From positions 9,424,001 to 9,488,000 of the forward strand of contig JBHGNT010000005.1 of the NCBI GenBank assembly GCA_043228905.1: DNA of 64,000 nucleotides. The letters run 5' to 3'. The DNA is from Azolla caroliniana. Its lineage: Eukaryota > Plantae > Polypodiophyta. The notes beneath the pieces are model-generated. The model had not been told where the DNA came from. It saw only the letters and a list, made by a program, of their open reading frames with translations, and ran no database searches. A program made the translations under genes and the position numbers. Of the stretch, positions 50,256 through 61,100 are shown piece by piece (position 1 is the stretch's first letter; each line of letters starts with the position of its first letter).

Positions 50256-53200
50256 AAAGTGTTACCGATTAGGAACACGGTTTGTGGTCAGTCCTTCAAC
50301 CTAGACCTCCAAGTGATTGTGGAACAACGAATGGGGTGTCTATGCGTAATGTGTAGGGGAATGTTCCCCATAACCTATCAGCGTATAAGGGAGACAGCTA
50401 CAATCGACTCCTTAGCAATGGTTAAACTCACGTTCTTACACGCTCAGGTATTCCAGACACACACTAAAGTAGCCGTAGCTATACAAAGACTTTCAGAGAA
50501 GATAGAATTCTATTACGATATGCTTCTTTACATTCCCAAAATACACGCTCCCTCTATAAGAGGTTTTCTGCCCTTTATATACGCAGGGTCTATTTAGCCG
50601 TTCACGCTTCCTGCGTGAACCGTTACATGCGTTATGATCTTATATTATTTCTTATTCCTACGCTCTTGTCCGTCGGTTACTATTCCGGCGGACAACAACT
50701 GTAATAAGCCATATGGATGATGTCGAGGTTTTTTGGATCAACAACATGTATCACAACTATGACCATAATCCGTAACAAAATGGCGAAGTCGTGGCCGCCA
50801 ATACCTTTGAGAAATTAACGCCAAAGTCTTGTGGATGCCGAAATGTCCAGCCATTGATGTGTCATGACATTGTTGCAAGACTCGGAGTCGAGAAGGACCA
50901 TCAGGCACATATAAGAGATTTTGTCGAAAAAGTAAACCATCATGCCAATTGAATTGGTTGTAGTCTTAACGAGGATTTTGAGATTGTGAACAAGAAGCAC
51001 TATCTAGGATAATATGGTTTAGAATGTCTTGGAAGAATTCATCAGTCTCAATATGCTCCCGAATGGAGTCCAGAAGACCTGAATCCCTGGGTGTGTCTAT
51101 AGCATGAAATGTCATTAGTCGTAGACGGTCAGGACCCAAGAGGATTTGCTTCTAGCTTTCAAATGCGGCCTCTCTTGGTTGAAGTTCCATATACGAACGC
51201 CGAGATAAAAAATTTGCTTTTCCTTGTTGCGTCCCAGGGCGATATAGAATTACGAAATCAAAACGAGTTAAGAATTGCACCCGACGAGTTTGTCGACGAC
51301 TCAAGACTCGAGCACTTTGGAAGTACGTTAGATTTTTGTGAATATTATAAACAATGATTTGTTGAGATGAACCCTCCAAAAAATGACACCATTGTTGAAA
51401 AGAATCCACAATGGCAAGAAGCTCTTTGTCGCGAATCTCATAGTTGATTTCTGAAGCTTCGAATTTCCGTGAATGAAAAGCCACAGGGTACAGTTGGCCA
51501 TCATTGCTAATCTGGGATAATACGCTTCCTAGTGCGAAGTCGAATGCATCAGCTTCGAGTATAAACCACTTCAATGGATCAACATGCATCGAAATTGGTG
51601 CGGATGTAAATGCTTGCTTTAATCCTTCAAATGCAGAGTTTGCATTTATACTCACAAATGGTCGATTCTTCTGTGTCAATTGAGTGAGGGGCAATACGAT
51701 CTTTGAATAATCTTTGATGAACTTGCGATAAAAGTTTGCGAACCCTAAAAAGCATTGTACATCTCGCACAGACTGTGGTGTTTGCCAATCTAAAACTGTT
51801 TGAACCTTTGTTGGATCCATAGAGATGCCATGTGAAGAGACTATGTACCCCAAAAATTCCACTTGACGCTGGTCGAAACTGCACTTCTCCAATTTTGCAT
51901 AGAGACCATATTCACGCAACCGTTAAGCTGTTGCAAAGCTTGTTGAACATGTATATCATGATTCTCTTGAGTTTTTGAGTAGATCAAGATATCAACCAAG
52001 TAAATTATGACGAAAATATCAAGGAAATCTCGAAAAATGTCATTCGCCATATGTTGGAAAACTGCTGGTGCATTCGTGAGACCAAATGGCATCACTGTAT
52101 ATACTCAAAATGGCCATAGCGAGTTCGGAAAGCAGTCTTCCATTCATCCCCAAGACGAATTCGAACAAGATTGTAAGCACCTCGAAGATCTAACGTTGGG
52201 AAATACTTAGCTCCACTGAGGTGTTCCAGAAGGTTCGAAATCAATGGTAGAGCATATCGGTTTCGAATAGTTACTTTATTCAATCCTCAATAATCCAGGA
52301 CCAGATGAAGGGAACCATCTTTCTTCTTAACGAAAAATATGGGTGCGCCAATAGGAGATCTTGAATGTTGGATAGACCCATTCTCCAAGTTCTCATCGAT
52401 ATATTCCGAAGAACCTCTAACTCCTTGGGCGAAAGGTTCTAAATTGGCCCCCATGGAGGCTCTTTTCTGGGCTGCAAATCAATCGGGCAATCATATGGTC
52501 GATGCTCTGATAGTCTATTGGCCTTCACCTTATCAAACACATCAGAGAATTCTATATATTTCTTCAGTAGTTGGACCCCCGATTCTTGTGAGCTCAATGT
52601 GGGAGTTGCTAAAACTACGAACACCAACATGTCTTCCTTCCGTCCTTCCTCACGTAACTGATGTATAGAGATTGTCGAAATCTTTTGGAATGTCATATCC
52701 TTTGTTGGAGTTTTAAGAGACTCAGACTGTATTGTGACATCTTCAATGGTTCTTTTTCTCCAATAAATAGTTGGGTTATGTAGCTCAAACCATCGAAGAC
52801 CAAGAACTAGGGAGTGCTCTGAACTACTAATGATGTTGAATGAGATGACACTAGCCAAATTGCCTAGGACTACACGAATTGGTTCAGACTCTTCAACTAT
52901 ATCACCTGATGCTATGGGGCGTCCATCAATGACTCCGACAGAAACTGGGCTTGGGAGCTTATGCAACTGAATATTATGCATTACAACAAACTCACGATCC
53001 ATGAAACAAGAGTTGGCTCCAGAGTCTAAGAGGGCAGAAGCTGGGACACGATGGCACCTAGATGTGTTAAGCTTAACTTGTGTAAAGAAAACTCGACTAA
53101 CTTGACTGGATGAAATGGAACCACAACTAGGGACGGACCTTACATGCCTAGGGCTGTCCAACCAAATGGCTCCGATTTTGGCCGGACTTACTCGTTTAAC

Positions 53201-54447
53201 ACATCATCTAATTGGCTCAAGACATCAAATGTATTTTTATGACAAGGACTACTAGGTCTACTTGGGTTACGAGAAGGCGGGATAGAAATTGAGATGGGAT
53301 TGTCATGAACACTTACTTGGTTAACTTGTCGTCATGGTTTATGTGGACAACTCACAACAATATGCCCTAGACCACCACAATAGAGGCATAAACGATTCGC
53401 TCGCCTTCGTTGCTTTTCAGCATTTGATAATAGTCCTCGACGTCGTGTTGTCTCGATTTCCATTGGATTAGGGCCTTCCACCACACTTGACTTTAATACT
53501 TGGGGTGGAATTGTGACCACCGAAACATATGTTTCTATTGGTCGGAAGCGTAACATTTGTTGGCGCTCAGAATGCCGCTCAAATAAGCGATTGTCACATC
53601 GCACGGCCCGACTTATTGCTTTAGTAAGAGATTTTGGATCATCATGGAAGGTAAGAAGTAAATCCTTCACATCATTGTGCATACCTTGAAGAAATTGGTC
53701 CATTAATGCTGCCTCGTCCCATGGAATATCACATGCTAGAAGGCGAAAATCTGCAGGATAAGCGGAAGTAGGATGATCTCCTTGTCGTAATCGCCGAATT
53801 TTGTTTATTGCGGTCCTCATACTATCAATGTCTCCAAAGTTAGCTTGGAACTCATTAATAAACGCTTCAAAATCTTCTAATAATGGTGAGTGCTTCTCTA
53901 GGAGTGGTGCAAACCACACTAATGCGGTACCCGTTAACAAGGTACTAACTAGTTCCACACGAGCAACATCAGTTGGGTAACAACTAGGATCCAATTTAAT
54001 CACAAGTCGTACCTGATTTAAAAATACACGAAATTGAGACCTTGTACCATCAAACTTGGCCGACAGACTAATCTTGGGTTCCTTCAACGAGGTTTGAACT
54101 TCTGCCGCTTGTTGTTGCAATAGAGTAGTCTCCAATTGATGCACCTGTTGAGATAATTCTTCATATTGTTGTACTTCTCAGCACTTACTTGTTGTAGGTC
54201 TCCCAACAATCTTTGATTTTCATGCTCTAGTGCCATGAATTTGGTTGTTAGCATGTCGAGCTCGGAGAGAACACGCATATATTCTTGCTTGCTAACGGAC
54301 TCCATAGTTGCGAGAGAAAATTGCTAGATTTGCTTGAATAAGGTTAAGATAAGACGAATAAGTTGGAGAAGAAGAAAAGAGAGATATTCAGTTCAAACTG
54401 TGGAGACTTGAGAATAGGAGAGAGAAAGATAAGATGACAATAGAAGG

Positions 54448-54507
<60 letters not shown>

Positions 54508-54858
54508 ACTAGAAATGGAAAGAGAGTTTATATGATAAGAGAGCAAGGATTACAAAGAGTAGGCTAAGGGGCTACAAACTGGTGTTGAACCGAATGAGTT
54601 GTGATGAATGAATAGACACCTATTTATAGGTCCTTATGGAGTATTCTAGAATGTTCTAGAATATTTTAGATATTTATGATATTTAATATAATCATGGAAT
54701 ATCCTAGAATGTTCTAGAATACTCTAAATATCTTGTAATAACTAATAATACATTTATTATAACTATACATCATATATGTTATTATAATGGTTAAAGGTCT
54801 AACATATAGACCAAGACATGTGGATCCTACTACAATAATTGACATGTGTGTTCATTAC

Positions 54859-56462
54859 TTTAAGGAGTTGATTGGCCCACATTGTTAATGACAAATGAGG
54901 TGAGTAGAGCACGTCATGATTTTTATGATGTGGTTGGATGTATTGTGCATGACCTCATTAGTCATGAATTGGATGTGGATTTCACTGAGAATGAGGTGGA
55001 CAAAGGTTTAAGGCATCTTCCTAGTGGTAAGAGGCTTGACAAATGAAGTTTTTAAGCAACATTCGAACATTTTAAAGGGGCCCTTAACTTTGATGTTTCA
55101 ACATTCTTGGGATTCTGGTCGTATGCCTCAAGCTTGGAAGGTTGGTCTAATTAAATTAATTCCAAAACTGGCATCTCCAGAGTCATTTCATCAATGGAGA
55201 CCTATTTCTTTGATGGGGATGTTGTACAAGATATATACAAAGGTCTTGGCAAATAGATTACAAAAGTACTTGCCAAAGTTGATATATCCTGCCCAATATG
55301 GTTTTATTGTAGGTAGGAATATATTGCATAATGTGTTGAATGTTCAAATGGCCATGGATTATGCTCGAAACACTCATCAAGAATTGATTATGGTGCAATT
55401 AGATTTGGAGAAAGCTTATGATCATGTTAATTGGTCCTTTGTTTCTGGGTTAATGCATACAATGGGCTTTGGACCTCGTATGTCTTGCCTCATATTTTTA
55501 TTAGGACAAGATGCGGTGTCTCGAGTAATGCTTAATGGGGGAGTTACATAAGATATTTTCATCACAAGATCTGTTCGTCAAGGATGCCCCATTAGTCCAT
55601 TGTTGTTTGCTATTGTTACTCATCCCTTGTTAGTGATGCTATCCAAGCTTGCAACAAATGGTGATATTGTGGGTCTACACCTTCCATCTGGAGGACAACT
55701 AGTAGCACAAGCTTTGGCTGATGATTCTTTCATGTTTCGACAAGCCTCACGAGAGAATCTTGAGAAGGGGATGCTGGTATGGAACCAATTTGCATTGGCT
55801 TTCGGATTACATATTAATTGGAGGAAGTCTAGTCTCATATCATGTACTGAAAGAGATTTGGAATGTTTAGGATAACAAGGATCTGTGGTGAAGAAAGGCT
55901 CTATTTTTCGACACTTGGGCTATCCATTAGGAATGAATGTTACAAATGGTCAATTGATTGAATGGATGTCTAGTAAGTTGAGGTATAAGTTCATGTATTG
56001 GAAGTCACAATCTTGGCCATTTCATGTACGCTTGAAGGTTGTACAATGTATTATGGAACCCATGATCTTATATTACTTGCCATTGTTGCCATGGACAAAG
56101 AAGGCTTTGCATTCTATTTTGCAACCTCTTCGATATTTGTTGTGGAAGAAGATGGATAAGATGGGAATCACTTGGGTTGCATGGAATCATCTAGCAACCC
56201 CTAAGCGCTTGGGGGAGGGCTGGAATATTGAACTTACCTAAGCATATGATAGCTCGTAGATTTTCATTATTACAAGATATGTGTTCAAACTCACAACCAT
56301 GGATATCAATTGTTCAATATTTCATTGAGAACAAGGGTTTAACACATGGGAGGACAATGATTAAGGCTTCATGGTGGCAATTACTGAATGGATGTATTTC
56401 ACTTAAGATTCCGGGCTCTACATGTGTTCAACACTTTCTTACCTCATGGCAAGAATCACTCT
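54859..56462 (+). mobile_element. L1-type LINE, 3' part: ORF2 reverse transcriptase (degenerate)
   Basis: WRPISL, KVLANRL, DLEKAYDHV, RQGCPISP, ALADDS, HLGYPLG; same strand and order as 32827-33388. Confidence 0.9.
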
Positions 56463-57693
56463 TGTTGTACCATTCTAGATTCGAACCTCTGACTTTTAAC
56501 ACACAGAATACATTGTGTTGTGTTAACCATATGGAAACTCTTGTGAACTGTCCACATTCGATTGTGAACTTGTATATGTTGTAGAGTCTAGTGTATAGTA
56601 CATTCGAGAATATTCTAGAATTATTTTGTGGTATATTCTAAATGGGTATATTCTCGAGATATATCTCGAGTATATTCTAGAGATATTCAATCTCGGAAAT
56701 TGTATAAATACTTGTAACATCCTTGGTCCCTTTCAAGGGATTCAACACCAGTCATTGACACATCAATCTAGTATTCTCGTTTTGCCTCATCTTTGTCTCC
56801 TTGATCTTTATTTTTGTCTTCATGCCCTCATGTCACTCACAACATCTAAAGTTCCTAGCCTCATCACATCCAGCTCTAAGTTCATCCTTCGCTCATAGCC
56901 CCATCATTTGTGCTCCGTCCTAGTCCGCGCTTGGTGTGTCTGTGACAGTTTGAATCCCTTCCAAGTGGGAGCAACACCCGTCTTCGTCATCGCCTTTGCT
57001 TCTAGAGTTACCATCATCACCGTCCTTGCTTCCGGAGTTACCGTCATCAACATCCTTGTCTTCAACGCCATCATTTTCAGCACCTTTCCGCCCAACCATC
57101 GTTGTCATCAACACTACCTGTCATCATTTTTTGGTATCATTTTGCATCACGGTTTTGGTGAGGAGTGCTTTCGATCGCTGACCTTCCTAGTTCCGATGGG
57201 GGTCACAACCGCTCACTTTCCTGGTGGGGATTGGATCATTGCTCGCTTCCATTGCATTTTCGTTATAGTTCAAGTCTCGCGCCACTTTCTATTGGCGAGG
57301 ACCAATTTCGATCGCTCACCTTCTAGTTTCAGTGAGGGTCACAACCACTCACTTTCCTAGTGGGGATCACGTGGGTTTCTCGCTAGCGCTACCGTTTGTG
57401 CCATGTCTTGGGTCAACATCAACTATTTACTCTCTCATAATAGAAAAAGTCGAGTTGACCGCTTCCTTGCACTCCTTCGCCCGTTGTTGTTCCAGTTCTC
57501 GGTGAGGGCCGCATGGTCGCTCATGCCCGTTCGTGTTTTCGATGAGGACCGCACATGGTGGCTCACGTCCGTTTGTGTTCTAGTTCTTGGTGAGGGCCGC
57601 ATCGTCGCTCACACCTGTTGGTGTTCATGTTCCAACTCTCGGTGAGGACCGACATGGTCTCTCATGCCTGTTGGTGTTCGTGTTCCCTATGAG
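56463..57693 (+). mobile_element. Element K: chromovirus-type LTR (56463-56947) plus non-coding internal region, interrupted by G
   Basis: TGTTGTACC...TGTGACA; TATAAATA 56703-56710; self-priming site TTGAATCCCTT 56950-56960; no gag visible in the next ~750 bp. Confidence 0.72.
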
Positions 57694-58149
57694 TGTCACG
57701 ATGAACACATGACCATTATGGTGCCACCAGGACTTGAACCTCGAACCTTGTAATCCATACTTCAAAACCTCAACCATTAAGATAGGTTATTGTTATATGA
57801 AACAATAAAAGCTACTTCTTGTATTACATTGATTATTGTAAAACCTCTAGATTATTCTAGAATGTTCTAGAATGTCCTAGAGCATTCTAGGTCTAGAACA
57901 TTCTACAACATTCTAGAAATCTCTAAGCTATTCTATAGGAACCTATAAATAAGGGCATACATGTATTCTCAAATCAATTCGAATCAACGCCAGTCTTTAA
58001 CTCTCATTACGTATCTTGTATCCATTTTCTTTCTTTCTCTATCTTGTACATCCATTCTTCTCTTAGCATTTCGTTCCTTTCTTCTCGTGTTCTCTAATGT
58101 CCTTCTTCCATCACTCTATCTTTTATCCTTGGTTCTGACAGTTTGATTC

Positions 58150-58193
<44 letters not shown>

Positions 58194-61100
58194 CCTCCTT
58201 TGTAACCATCCTGAAACCATGGCTGCCATTAACTCAGAAGAATATCTCACTCTTGTTGCAGAAATGGAGAACCTTAAATCCAAGTTCGCATCGCTTGAAG
58301 TAGAGAATCAACGTCTACTTGGGAATCTACAAAAGGTTACTATAGAGAAGCAACAACAACAAGAGGAGTTCACGCGACGAGTGCAACAGTTAGAGTCGAC
58401 AATCGTAGTCTTACAACAACAAAGGGTTGAAGGTCAGGGACTTATCAAGGGCGCATTTCCGAGGTTTCTTGAATCAAGTACGGTTGGTGATTCAAATGCA
58501 TCACACGTGTTATCCAACAGATGCAACACGAGTCGGGCTAGTGGGCACCTTATTGACTGGCATAACGTTGTCGTGGTTTGCTCCATTGCTAGAGACCAAT
58601 TCTCCTCTACTGAATAATTTTGAGGAATTTATCAAGGAATTTAAGGCTTGTTTCGGAGATACTGATGGGGCGAGAACAGCTACCAACAAGATTCGTACAC
58701 TTCGTCAAGGTGATCAACCAACTTCGACATATGCTACCAATTTCCGTCTCATCGCAAGCGATATTCCTTGGGATGAACAAGCCCTAATGGAGCAATTCCA
58801 TTCAGGCCTTCGTAGTGATGTCAAAGACTTACTTCTTACCTTCCCTAAGGATCCAAGGTCACTTACAGAAGCTATTAGTCGAGCAATACGGTGTGATTAT
58901 CGACTTTTTGAGTGTCGATGTGAGCGACAACAACAAATAACAAGATCAAGATTCACATCAACTTATGCATCAGTAATGGCGCAATCATTCCCAAGGCAAA
59001 TGTATAGCCTTGCTCCAACTTCAAGGCAAACACGTAGTCCAGTCCCAATGGATAGTCCTGCACCCATGGAGATCGATATGACTCAACGACGAGGACCATT
59101 GTCAGACGAAGAGAAGCAACGTCGTCGAGCAAACCATCTATGCTTATATTGTGGAGGTCCAAGACATATAGCCATTCATTGCTCCCGTACGCCGAGACGT
59201 CAGGTAAATCAAATTCACTATGACAATAAAAATGAGTCCAACATTTTAGAAGCAATTAGTTAATCTAATATTATGAATAATCCACCCTTGTCCAATAAAT
59301 TTGAAGTCCTAAGCCAATTAGAAGAGGAGTCAAACGAATAAGTCCGGCCAAAATAGGAGCCATTTGGTTGGACAACCCTAGATATGTACAACCTAGTGTG
59401 GGTTCCATTTCTTCCAAGCATGTTAGTAGACCCTAGTACAAGTTAGGACACCCAGTTGTCAACTTCAAGTCCAAGCCCTCTTAGTTACTGGAGCCAATTC
59501 TTGTTTCATGGATAGAGATTTTGCCCAAAAACACCAAATATCCTTGCATACACTTCCTTGTCCAGTTTCCGTAGTAGTGATTGATGGACGCCCCATAGCT
59601 TCCGGGAAGATATTTGAAGAGTCTGAGCCAATACACATACTCTTGGGTGATTTAGGATGTGTAGTTTCCTTTAACATAATCTGTAGTCCTGAGCATCCAA
59701 TTGTTCTCGGTTTGCCATGGTTTGAGCTACATAACCCTAGAATCGATTGGAGGAAGCGAGAAATTAGGTGCCCTTTAGCAGAAAATATCATTGTCAAGGA
59801 TCGAACTCAAGATTATCCTCCTAAAGTATATAGTTCTACCGATGCACCATATCCTTCTCATCAAATTTCAGCCATCACATTGCAACAATTGTGCCAAGTG
59901 GGAGGCAAGGAGGACCTTTTCTTATTTGCAGTATCAATGACACCTTCTAGTGTCACTCAAGGGAATTCAGACATCCAAATTCCCAAAATAATTCAAGACT
60001 ATGCTGATGTTTTCGACAAAGTCAAAACTAGTGTTCTTCCAAAGCATCGGTCGTACGACTGTCCTATTGATCTCCAACCCGGAAAAGAGCCACTGTGGGG
60101 TCTGATTTACAATTTATCACCCATTGAGCTTGAGTTTCTTTGAGAATACATCGAGGAAAATCTTGCACATGGGTTTATTCGACATTCAAAGTCTCCAGCT
60201 GGTGCTCCTATCTTTTTTGTGAAGAAAAAGGACGACTCCCTTCGTTTGGTCGTGGACTATCGAGGCTTAAATAAAGTCACCATAAGGAATAGGTATGATT
60301 TACTTTTAATCTCCAATCTCTTAGAACACATTGGTGGGGCAAAGCATTTTACCAAAATTGATCTAAGGGGTGCATATAATCTTGTTCGAATTCGGCCGGG
60401 AGATGAGTGGAAAAAAGCATTTCGTACTCGGTATGGTCATTTTGAAAATACAGTCATGCCTTTCGGGCTCACAAATGCACCTGCAGTATTCCAACATATG
60501 GCAAATTACATCTTCCAGGATTTCTTGGATATTTTTCTAATCATGTACCTAGATGATCTATTGATTTACTCTAAAACACAGGGGGAGCATGATATACATG
60601 TGCGGCAAGTACTTGAACGCTTAAGGAAGTATGGTCTTTATGCCAAACTTGAGAAATGCAGTTTTGATTGCAAACAAGTCAAATTTTTGGGATACACTAT
60701 TTCATCTCAGGGTGTTTTCATGGACCCGGCAAAAGTCCAAATAATATTGGAATGGAAACCCCCATGCTCAGTTCGGGATGTCCAGTGTTTCCTCGGATTT
60801 GCGAACTTCTATCGCAAATTCACACATAATTATTCAAGCATTGTGTTGCCCCTTACTCAACTCACCAAGAAAAATCAAGCATTTTTTTGGAGTATCGAAG
60901 CGGACAAGGCTTTTACGCAGCTGAAAGAGGCATTCACATCAGCACCCATCCTAGCACATATTGATCCTGAAAAGCCATTTACTATTAAGGCAGATGCATC
61001 GGATTTTGCATTGGGGAGTATCCTATCGTAACCAGGCGAGGACGAGTAGACACATCCAGTCGCGTTTCACTCGAGAAAATTTATTGTTTCGGAGATAAAC

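Larger units (their letters stand above)
34238..50697 (-). mobile_element. Element D: full-length Athila/OTA-like gypsy without a PPT, hosting C
   Basis: 438-bp LTRs 34238-34675 and 50260-50697 (~17 differences by eye); TSD GCTGT/ACTGT; minus-strand gag-pol and extra ORF. Confidence 0.95.
33389..54858 (-). mobile_element. Element H: Tcn1/Tf1-type chromovirus-lineage gypsy, interrupted by D; 3' LTR reduced to ~30 bp
   Basis: 5' LTR ~54400-54858; 3' LTR remnant 33389-33418; gag 53332-54305, PR (LLDSGANSCF), RT/RH 51152-52283, INT 33419-34230; removing D restores HPYGLLQPMPIP; homologous to G. Confidence 0.9.

Noticed and set aside
34238-50697. D as a chimera or inversion of two elements explaining its two PBSs
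   Set aside because: The LTRs are direct, equal-length and TSD-flanked, all internal ORFs are co-oriented, and E shows the same arrangement.
57500-57665. CRISPR-like array (also 16371-16513)
   Set aside because: The repeats are degenerate and irregularly spaced, inside eukaryotic retroelements, with no cas genes.
57719-57786. Functional tRNA gene
   Set aside because: Acceptor and anticodon stems do not pair properly; only the A/B boxes and CCA end are tRNA-like, and it lies inside an LTR.
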